Part shown: in pieces, positions 28,880 through 39,890 of the stretch | Position numbering within the stretch: the first letter of the stretch is position 1 | How the letters are laid out: each line of letters starts with the position of its first letter | NCBI GenBank assembly: GCA_951406725.2 | Contig: OX597815.1 | Span: 87,544,001 to 87,608,000, forward strand | DNA: 64,000 nt | Direction of reading: 5' to 3' | Source: Octopus vulgaris | Lineage: Eukaryota | Program-made: the position numbers and the translations under genes | Notes under the pieces: generated by a model | Seen by the model: the letters and a program-made list of their open reading frames with translations, nothing else | Told to the model about the DNA's origin: nothing | Databases searched by the model: none

Positions 28880-29106
28880 ATGTTGGGTTGTCTTGCAAGA
28901 ATAAGAAAGAGATGTCATGTGTTTATCTACAAATTCGTACCAGGCTTTATTCAGAGCTAAAATTAGGTTCACTGCTTATTCCTGAATCTATTGAAAATGT
29001 TACAGATGCTTCAAAAAATACAGAAAGTAATTTATATCAGTGGCTGAAAGACATATTTGAATCTAATTGTAATGATTCAACAGTAAATACAACTGAAATC
29101 ACTTGA
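28880..29106 (+). CDS. PSTK: PSTK coding exon 5 (terminal, TGA 29104-29106)
   Basis: Acceptor ttcttctcAG; phase fits exon 4; open to TGA; total CDS 183+241+193+167+227=1011 nt (336 aa), a typical metazoan PSTK length. Confidence 0.85.
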
Positions 29107-30009
29107 GAGCAAAAAGTCATAAATTCATCATGTCTTCATGCAGACAAGCTAATCAATTCTCTTTACTTGAGGACCACTCACTTTAGTGTGCATTAGCTGA
29201 AAATTTAATATCTTGAAATTAACTATTGCATTTGGCTTTTGATTAAACAACAAAAACAAAAAAACTAGCTGAATACTACAATAGTTTATTTTGAAATATA
29301 GTTATCTTAGAAAAAATCCAGAATGTCAAAGCTGGTTTAGGTAGTTAATTCTTTATCAACAGATTGAACAGCCAGATTCTACCATTGCATCTTATTACCA
29401 GCCATTCTATTTGACAAGTTAAGTTCATTCCATAAGTATCTTTGTTTACTTTGATTGATGGTAATTTTAGCTGTTTTTCTTTTTTTTTTTTTAATTTTAA
29501 AATTTTTTTCACTCCTCTGTGGTTTCTATTTCAATGCTGCATAAATTGTCCAAACTGTCACTATTTATTACCATCACTGTATCTGACATTTGAGGAGGAC
29601 GAATTCAGTGAAAGTAAATGATAATTGTCAATATTGACAGCTAGGGGAGTACAGAAGGAGTACTTGCCAATCTGATGAGGCCTCTCAAGAATGAGGAGCC
29701 TTATCAGATTGGCTTTGAGATAGGCAAGAAAGCTAAGGTGATAAGGATGAGAGAGGTAGTAATAGCATTGGAGAGAGGTCAGGCAGGTCCTGTGACATCC
29801 TTAGTAGGAGAGATTCACTGCCATCCTTGTTCATACCAACAGCATGGCAGAGTGAGAGTGAAAAGAAGAGAGTGATTGAGAGATGAGTGATAAAGGCACT
29901 GATGATAGAGATATGGGTGTCAGAGGCATGGTCGACAGTGGTACAAATAATAAGAGGAATGAGAAGGTATCAAAGAGGCTGAATATATATCTATAACACA
30001 TATGAAAAG

Positions 30010-30280
30010 AGAAGCCTTATGAGTGGATTTGGTAGGTGGAAACTGAAAGAAGCTCGTCATATGTGTGTGTGTGTGTATATATGTTTGTATGTCTGTGTTT
30101 GTTCCCCCAACATCGCTTGACAACCGATGCTGGTGTGTTTACATCCCTGTAACTTAGCAGTTCGGCAAAAGGGACCAATAGAATAAGTTCTAGGCTTACA
30201 AAAAAGTCCTAGGGTCGATTTGCTCGACTAAAGGCAGTGCTCCAGCATGGCCACAGTCAAATGACTGAAACAAGTAAAAG
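30010..30280 (+). mobile_element. SINE, second family (also ~8700-8915, 52980-53310, 57320-57700, 58080-58410)
   Basis: Shared gtgagtggatttggtag..ggaaactgaaagaagc, internal (TG)n, and 3' gctccagcatggccacagtcaaatgactgaaacaagtaaaag. Confidence 0.75.
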
Positions 30281-32997
30281 TGTATATATTCATTTCTCAT
30301 ATTTTGAAATGGTTTAATGAAAATATATATTTTCATTTGTATCCTAAAAAAGCATCAATGAAAATTCACCTGCTAGTTCCATTCATATCAGAAAATGGGA
30401 TTATGTTACAACAGACTAGTTACATGTTTGTTTCAATAAGTCTATTGTACTTCATTTCAAAAACAAGAACTGTGTTTTCTTTTTTAACAGATTCATTGCT
30501 AAGCAATGCCTATATTTATAACATTTATTATGTAAAACCAAATAAAATTTTGATTATATATATATATATATATAAAACTTTTGAATGTCTTCACTTTTGA
30601 TTTTCAATTTCTTAAATTTATCTTATGTGATATAATATTTTCATATCTAATTATCTGAGAAAAAAATTGTTAAAATAATTTATAATTTCTAGATTATTTA
30701 CCACCATATTTTGATATAAGGATTAAGATAACACCTGACATTAAACTAGCCTTTTCTGATACCTTGCTTGATGCTAATTTAAGAATAATACTAAAAAAAA
30801 ATGAGTAACTGCAGTAGAAAAGCAGAACATATTTATTCTTCAACAGTGGCATATTCAATTTGTGACATTCTGACACAATAACAGTTTGAAAAGAATCAGT
30901 TTCAAAGAAAAATTTGAATATTTGGAGAATGAAAAACACAAATCTGTTAAGGTGAAATCAGTATTTAATAAAACTAGAAAATTACTAATATCCGATCATA
31001 ACAAGGTGATAGAATGTAGAATGCACCAAACCAAACCAAACACCAGAATGCAATTTCAGGAACATCACTTAATACCATACAAAAGCTCAAAAAGAACTAT
31101 ATAGGTCTAACAAAAAACATTTAAAAGCTACCATACACACATGCACTTTCCTTAAGATACAGAGATTAAAATAAATTCCACTTTTGTGTCTCAATATATC
31201 TGGAAACTGAAGGAGAAAGAAATTTGCAACATACCCATAAAAAGGAAAGGAAAAAACATTTCTAAACGGATAATTACACTTCTGCCTGTGTAGGGCATTG
31301 GTAACAACTAGTCTGCAACATCTGCATAGAAGTAATTGTCCTTTATATATCACCATCTCTAACCAATAATATATACATATCAATAATGAAACCAATGAAT
31401 GAACTCTCTATGCAATCACTGAACTTGATATAATGAGCATCTTAATTTTCAGATTTAGCCTGTCTTAAAAATAGATATACTTGAATAAAGTGGTCTTTTA
31501 TATCGGTCAAGCTGGCATACCTTTGGTTATAGGTGTGCTTGACTAAGGGTAAACTGGAGCAAAAAAGAAAATACAGTAATATCTCACTTTACGAAGACCT
31601 GCTTTATGAGTTTTATTTTTCAAGCATAAGGTCCAAATTTTGAACATAGTGCAAAAGTTTCTACTGCCATAACAAATGCTTCTTCATGTCACCAAGAAAT
31701 TCATAGAGAGCAAAAAAAGCTCTTTCTAAGCAAACAACTTTAGACTTGATTTTTAAAAAGGAATTTACAAGTCCATCTATGAGTTCTTGTAAATTGGTGG
31801 TCACAATTACAATTGCTGCTGTGCACGAGTCTAGTGAAAGTGATTCAGAAAATGACATTTTTTAAAACTTTACTTAAAATAGTCTTTACATTCTACTGTT
31901 GTTTTATTGCCATTTATTTTCAAGTATTGTAAATTTTATTGGTAAAATATTTTTCTGGGAATGAATTATGATTTATAACATTGCTACTATGGGAAATTAT
32001 TACTCTGCTTTATAAGTTTTCACTTTATAAGCAGTCTCCAGGAATAAATTAATTCATATATTGAGGTGTTGCTGTATATAAATAAAACTTGACATCACGC
32101 AACTACATAAGGAAATAATAAAGAAAATAAGCTACAGAAAAAAAGAATGGGCAAATATTTGTGTGGAACATAAACCACAAGCAAAACAATACATCTTATA
32201 CAGTATTTGACATCAATAACAACCACACCCTTGCTGCACTAACAACCTGAAACAAAACACCCACACTGACACCACACAAGCACTCCTGTCAGGCATTTCT
32301 TAAAACTGAAGACAGGCAAGGTCAATGCTTTGCCTGTCTTCTCTGTGGTCACCAAAAACTATAAATGTACAGACATAGGTCAGAGAGGAGAGAGACTACA
32401 TGTCCAAGCTTTCACATTACAGCTCAAATGATCAGTCAATAAAAACTGTACAATACAACAGGGTTGTCAGCTAGATAGGGGAATGGTATAAGTGGGACTA
32501 TCACTCCTAGTCATTTAGCTATTACTTCTGTCCCATAGGATTACTTGATCATTTATGACATGGGACCACATAAGTATAATAATCCTCTCTGCTATAGGCA
32601 TAAGGCCTGAAATTTTGTGGAATGAGCTAGTCAATTACATTGACCCCAGTGCTTGACCAGTTCTTAATTTATTAACCCTGAAAGGATGAAAAGCAAAGAC
32701 AACCTTGGTAGAATTTGAACTCAGAACTTAAAGATGGATAAAGTGTTACTAACCAGCTTGCCCAGCATCCTAACAACTCTGCCAACTTGCCACCTAAAGA
32801 ATGATAGTAATAATATTCTTTATTTTGTACTATAGACAAGTGACTCTTCCATCTCTATGGAGTCCTTACTCCCAATAACAAACAGCCTGCAAGCCTCTGT
32901 TACCGTGCTTTACAATGTAATATCCTCAACCATACTATCTGACAAAAGCAAAAGTTAACCATTGAAAAGTACTTTGTTTTAAATCCTAAGAAATTCA

Positions 32998-34455
32998 CTA
33001 ACAGCGTAGGAGTGAAATTTAGGATATCTCGGTTTTCTGTGAATCAATTTTGATAAAACTTTTCCCAACTGGTTTGCACACTATGTCAACACCATTGTTA
33101 TGTTTTCGCTATTCTGTGTAACATCCTTTCTTTTTTGTTTCAGATTCTTCAGTTTTTGGGTGAATCATGCTTTTGAATGAAAATAGCCCATCTAGACATT
33201 TTTTTTTTCCAGAAAATGAAGGGTAATGATACATGTTAAGCGTACATTGAGTATATATTTAACAGAAAACCATAATAATATTATAACATTTTTTGACATA
33301 ATGAATTATTTAACCTCATGAGCACCATCTCGACGGATAACTTCAAAAATCCTATTAGTCATGGGAACTGTCAATTTCTAAATAGTAGCAGGTTGGACTG
33401 CCTTTGTTGTAGCTTTGGTGGTTGCCCATAAGACATCTTTTGATGTAAGTTGGCATCCATCATCATAAACATATTGTTTAATGATGGAACAAAGATTTTA
33501 AATAGGGTTGAGATCCAGAGATGCTGGCAGCCAAACCATCAACCTTTCACCTTGTATGCCATAAGACGTGAGTAATGTTTGGGTGGTCCTAGCAGAGTGG
33601 GAGGGAGCGTTATCATGCATGAACATGAGATTCCTTAGAAGTGACAGCAATATGTCAAACTAGCCAGGGATCCAAGACCTCCTTCAGGAGATTGCAGTTG
33701 CAGTCACTTTATCCCCTTCAGGCACCCTGACTGGGTCAACAAGTCTGTCCCCAATGATACCAGTCCACAACATGACTCTTCCACTCTGTTGTTGACAGTG
33801 TAAACATCTGTAACACTCAGCTCCAAAATAGACCCAACCATCAGTTTTGTCAAGGGTTGCCCTGGTTTCATCAGCGAACAGAACACAACTCATGTCTTAT
33901 GTGATGTACGTTTGGGCGCATTGTGTGGTAGGGTGTTAACGGAAGCAGTTACAGGGTTTCTTACACAGAAGCCATGGTCCCAAGGATGTGATTTGTAGTG
34001 GGTTTTGGTACATGAGGAAGTCCAGAGGTGGTGAAAATGGCTTTGCTTGTCTGTCTATGTTTCATACGTAACTTGTAGCCAATATTCTTTAAATCCTTAG
34101 CTGTCACAGTCTTGGATGTCCTACAATTGGATTGTTTCTTCCTTGGCGAAGGGTCCTTCAGGAATTGTTTAACTGTGTCCACATGACAACCTTGATGATG
34201 ACAGACTTTTCTTCATCATTAAAGCCTTTTCCACATCCCATTTGTTCTTAGAGAGGAGAGATGCTATTAGCATGGTTCACCCAAAAACTGAAGAATCTGA
34301 AATAAAAAAAAAAGGCATTACACAGAATAATGAAAACATAACAATGGTGTTGGCATAGTGTGCAAACCAGCTGGGAAAAGTTTTATCAAAATTGATTCAC
34401 AGAAAACTAAGAAATCCTAAATTTCCCTCCTAAACTATTAGCATGGTTCTGGGTA
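32998..34455 (-). mobile_element. Second copy of the DD37E (TRT-type) Tc1 transposon, inverted, disrupted
   Basis: Same TIRs (left outer ~14 nt lost); VLFADETRATLDKTDGW (first D) and MHDNAPSH...DLNPI*NL (catalytic E codon mutated to TAA). Confidence 0.9.
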
Positions 34456-35359
34456 TATATACACACAATTATTACAATAAATATCCAAATGAAAATAACT
34501 TAGATAAATCAATGCCATTATGAAAGAAGAAATAAAAGAAAACAAGGCAAGTAACAATTGAGATTATGGCTTTGTTCTTAGTCCTTCCACATTATATATT
34601 CCTTATGATTGTTTAAAAATTATTATAATGATAATATTTTTTCATTATAAATGATCTTGACAATTCTGTGTGAAAATAATCTAATACTCAATGTAGAATC
34701 AGTTTGTTGGAGAAAAAGTTCTAAATCTTGCAGAATGGTATTGAATTCAAGCACTCAAGAATTAATTTGTGGTACAAAATACCAAGATATTTTCAGTTAC
34801 ATTACTAATGTATTTAAGGGCCATTACAGACTGAAAAATATATAAATATTCTATATTTTAGCAAGTACATGTGAGTACTGTGGATGTGTTTTGATCTTAT
34901 TAGACCTTCTCAGCAAAGTATACACATCATAACAGCTGAAACAGTGGAGAAAGAATTGCTATGCAAATATTTGGTACTGAACATTATAACTAGCTATGAA
35001 AAATTAGCATATTTCAAAAAAAATATATTACTAAGTTTAACTACATACAGCCAAGTTTATATTGCTTTGCTGAGAAAGCCTAATGAGACCAAAACATCCC
35101 CCAAATCACCCATACTTACTGAAGCAACTAAAATAATATTAAGCATTGAGCTAATATCTTTTCCTCACTGCATAATTATTTTTCACTCAATTTTTAATGC
35201 CCCATTAAATTAAATATGTTAACACTAACTTGTATTAGTGAATTAAATGTTAGGAAGGGCATCCAGCCATAAAAACTGCCAAAACAGACACAGAAGTCTA
35301 GTGCAGTTTTCTGCCTGACCTGCTCCTGTCAAACTGTCCAACTCATGCCAGCATGACTC

Positions 35360-36500
35360 ACCCATGTTACAAAAGTAATGTTCCTGAAAAACTTGCCATA
35401 ATATAAAATCCAATTATGTGAAATTTTCCAGTTGATTTTCATGTTATGAAGTGATAATGTGTTGCCATGGATTTTTCTTCAAACAATGTTGAGGGTTTTA
35501 TTTAATTCCATGCTATGCTATTAACAGCATCCATGATGTTGCACTTCTTCCAGAAGTCTCTTACTATGAGTTTATACTCCCAGTCAACTGCTTTCTTGGG
35601 TTGTTCTCAAATATGCCTTGAAGTTAACTATCACACCTTGATCTAATGGCTTGAATAAAGACATACTGTTGATGATATATACTAACATTACATTATCAGA
35701 AAGCTCATTTAATTCATTAGCTGGCTTTAGTTTATCGTCAAAAAGAACAATGCTCTGTTGTAAATATTATGTCTAGACAAAAAAAAAATGTCTTCAAAGA
35801 CACCCTTAGTCATCCATGCCTTATTTGAATGCCAAATCAGAAGCAAATTAAACCCTTAAAAGCCCTTAGATCTTCAAATTAATGTACAAATATGGGCTTT
35901 AGTTTTATAACACCAACTACATCTTCCAGAAATGTCACATTATTTTTGGAAGCTTTACATACTGGTGTTGATTTCACTTCTCAAGAAAAAAAATCCCACA
36001 GCTAAAAAAGTGCAGTTTCAACAATATATACTTGCTCTGGTATGTAGTCCCCTTCAACAATCATTTTTTTTTTCAACTGCTCAGGATATTTAATAGCAAC
36101 CTTAGTATCAACACTGGCAGCTTCACCAGTCATTTTTATGTTGTGCAAATTCAAGCACTTCTAAAACTTTTCAAACCATCCTTTTCTAACCAGAACAAGT
36201 TTTTCGCTAGAAGTTTCATCTTCCTTTCTCTGCTAATCATATAAGAACTGTTCCATTTTAAGCATCACATTAGATATATGAAAAAATAAAATCTGAGCAG
36301 TTAACAGAATAACTTTTTGTCAACTTTAATTTTCTTTCTGCTGTCCCATTCTGTCCTCACTGTAGACACTGCAAACATTAATACTTTGGTAATGTGGCTG
36401 ATATTTTCCTGCATCAAACTTTTCTAAAACATCAACTTTAATATTGAATGTAATCCTTTTACTGTTCCTTTTTCATTACTTATTCCAGTTCCATTTGATG
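35360..36500 (-). mobile_element. pogo/Tigger transposase remnant
   Basis: Minus-strand fragments (G)WFEKF, WMTKGVFED and PLDQGVIVNFKAY. Confidence 0.7.
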
Positions 36501-38629
36501 CATTCTTTCCAATTATCTTGTATTGTAGGTAAGTCCAACAGTGGCAATGATCAACAATTATCCACAACAAATATGTAGGAAAAAAATAGTACTAGAGAAA
36601 AACAGTTTTGTGAAACCTAAACATTGTTATCTTATTCCTATAGATTTAAGAATGGAAATGAGTGGATGGATGGGTAGAGGGTGAGGTGTGAAGAAGTACT
36701 GTTTAATTACAGTTAGCTGAAAGGTTATCAGGTTTATGGGCACTTCGCCCATGAGCTTGGTGGCCCTTATACCTCTGACTTAAGATATTAAAACTCCACA
36801 CTCCACTTACACACACACACACGCACAAACACACGCACAAACACACACATGTTGATATGCAACATATGTAGCTATTGACTTTGCTATCATGCTGATATTA
36901 TTATCCATTTCACTAGTTGTTATTCAATAGCTGTTGGGTTGGTAGTGATGGTGGTTTGGTTGTATTGGTTTTAGTGTTGAAGATGTTGGTGGTGACAGTG
37001 GTTGTATTGTTATTGTTGATTGTGTTGTCGATGTTTAGTCTTAAATCAATCCTCATTTTACCTAACATCAAAGACATTCGATTCAACATTTAAAATACAT
37101 TAGTGTCCCACATCATTTTTATGCAACTGTTTTTTTTTGTTTTTTTTTTTACTTTAGATTAGAGTTGCTTATCTCATTCATACTATTGTTACTGTTAGTA
37201 ATTAAGGAATAGGTGAGTTGGTAATAGTGGTAGTTGTATTGGCTTTGATGTTGATGCTGGGGTTTTTGTGTTGCTGTTGATGATAGACAGTGATAGTGCT
37301 GAAGGTTGATCTGTATATATATATATATATATATCAGCCTATTCTTAGCTACAATAGTGACAACATCTTCCATCTTCTTACTCTGTTAAAATATTTAAGA
37401 AAAATTATATTAATGTATCTTGTCTGTTAAAATTCAATTTATTTATTTGTGCAGCTGAAGATCGCATTTAAATTGATGTAATGATTGCATTATTCAATTA
37501 AATGAAGCCACTTGAAATGGTCATACTGCATTACTGCTTGATATCTTGTTACTTATTTTGATTTTATTCACATGACTTCGAGCTGTGCGGATAATACCAG
37601 ACTGACTTGGTGCTTCAACTTAAGTACCTAATTCAACTGAATCTTAATTATTTCTTATAAATAAATCTTCTGATGTAATAATTACTCAACAAGGGCTACG
37701 CTGCTAGTTATTCTTTCAGGCTGAAGATACCATAATTATATGAAAGTTTTGTTGTCTTCAAGGAACCCCAAGCTAAGTCACTGAAGATATAGCACTAATA
37801 AATTGTTGTTCTTGAATGTTGTTTTTTTATACCTGCCACAGGCTGCTCAAAACTTTCAAATTTCCATTATAAGATCCTTGGATCTTATAATTACATATCA
37901 GTATATATATGAGAAATTATGATAAACACGAATTTATATAATTTGTTCCTACATGTGTTTCACCAGTGTGGTTGTTTTGAACCCTATATTGGATGTTCAA
38001 AGTGCAATTGGATGCTGAATCACCAGGGAACACGTTTTTGCATTAAGTTATAGAGGACTAATGTCTAGATATTTGGATAGATGGTGTTTTGAGAGGGAAA
38101 TAGAAGGAAAGTAATTGGCAAAGAAAGACTAAGAAACAAAAGAAAAGGAGAATGACAGAACAGAGAATAAAGAGAGAGAAAACAGGAAAAGAGAATAAAA
38201 AGAGAAAGGAAGGAAGGAAAACTAAGGAAGCTATAAAAGAGATAAACAAAAATATATGGAAAACATTAGTGTGAATAAATAAATAAAAAATATACCCAAC
38301 AAATAGAAAAAGAGGAAGAGAGGAAAATAAGAATACATAGAGAGAAAGAGAGAACATAAGGGAAGTGGGAAATAGATTATAAAAAGAAAAGTATTGTGAA
38401 ACTGTAAATGACTGAAGCCATAAAATAAATAAATAAAAATAAAACAGGAAAATGCATATAAGAGCAAATGTACGTAAATACGTGTAGGTCATGACCTCAC
38501 ATGGGATAGGTGTCCATTAGTCAATTCATATATTTCAAAAGTCTAATTCTAAACACACACACCTTTTTTAGGTATAAAAATATAGATTCATGTAGACACA
38601 TATCCTCCCCACCCACTATATATATATGT

Positions 38630-39063
38630 GTCGGTGGCACATAAAAAAACACCATCTGAGCATGGCCGTCTGCCAGCCTCGTCTGGCACCTGTGTCGGTG
38701 GCACATAAAAAACACCATCCGAGCGTGGCCGTCTGCCAGCCTCGTCTGGCACCTGTGTCAGTGGCACATAAAAAACACCATCTGAGCGTGGCCGTCTGCC
38801 AGCCTCGTCTGGCACCTATGTCGGTGGCACATAAAAAACACCATCCGAGTGTGACCGTCTGCCAGCCTTGTCTGGCACATAAAATCACCCACTACACTCT
38901 CGGAGTGGTTGGCGTTAGGAAGGGCATCCAGCTGTAGAAACACTGCCAGATCTGACTGGCCTGGTGCAGCCTTCGGGCTTGCCAGACCCCAGTTGAACCG
39001 TCCAACCCATGCTAGCATGGAAAGCGGGCGTTAAACGATGATGATGATGATGATGATGATGAT
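38630..39063 (+). mobile_element. RTE 3'-end copy / RTE-tailed SINE with internal 63-bp tandem repeat (~4 copies)
   Basis: Unit tgtgtcggtggcacataaaaaacaccatc.gagcgtggccgtctgccagcctcgtctggcacc; (GAT)n tail; relatives at 9668-9925, 39935-40203, 52285-52545, 53337-53725. Confidence 0.85.
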
Positions 39064-39074
39064 ATATGTACATA

Positions 39075-39580
39075 CAGGGTTATTTTAAAAAATGAACTGA
39101 TTTCATTACGTAATATTTTAATAAGAAAAAGCAATCGAAAACTCCAGATAAGTCACAAATATTTACTCACAACTTTTATTTCCTATTACCTGCAGCATGG
39201 GCAACATCAATGTGATAAGAGAATTCCTCCCAGACACTATCAGCATCTCAAAAGCAAGTTCATTATGGAACTAAAGAATAAATTTGCTTTACTTGAGGTG
39301 ATTCCAGGAGATATTGACATAGAAGAGAAATGGAAAGACTTCAATAAAGCATTCAAATAGACAGCCAAAGTTCTCAGTAGATCGTGGAATTCTCTTATCT
39401 GGGAGGAATTCTCTTATTGCATTGCTCATGCTGCAGGTGGTGGTCACATCAAACTCTTGTAAGACAAAAAATAAAAGTTGATTGTGAGTAAATACTTGTG
39501 ACTTAACTGGAGTTTTCTATTGCTTTTCGTTATTAAAATATTGCATAATGAAATCAACTCATTCTTCTTGAATAACCCTG
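39075..39580. mobile_element. Foldback Tc1/mariner-type MITE with internal LINE fragment
   Basis: TA|CAGGGTTATT...AATAACCCTG|TA; inverted arms of ~150 bp, both carrying the transposase C-terminus (WEEFSY..AHAAG..). Confidence 0.8.
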
Positions 39581-39890
39581 TATATATAATAATAATTATA
39601 TAATAATATATCATAGTAATAATATATATACTCCAATTTACAGCAACATTTATCTAAACAACTGACTGAAAAATGATAAGCTAACTCAAGCTAGAATCGA
39701 ACCCACATATCAATACTAACATGGCTCCTGGCACATCTGATTGAGCCAGAACACTCACCCATAAATTTCAGTCAAATTTTATGTATAGATACTGAACTGT
39801 CTAATGCTATATATAATATTTGTAAACAAACATGGAGGCTGGATAAGTTACGGAGAAAAAGCAACTGCAAAAGTCTTTTTTATACAATAA

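Noticed and set aside
29666-29713. SECIS element or hammerhead (contains CTGATGA/ATGA) near a selenium-pathway gene
   Set aside because: The 3' strand pairs Watson-Crick with no GA quartet, there is no GAAA partner for a hammerhead, and PSTK has no in-frame UGA
38058-38492. 144-aa hydrophobic membrane-protein ORF
   Set aside because: Translation of a low-complexity purine/pyrimidine tract (F/L/S-rich); no splice or family support
38630-38880. CRISPR-like array
   Set aside because: Pure tandem units without unique spacers, inside a eukaryotic retroposon tail
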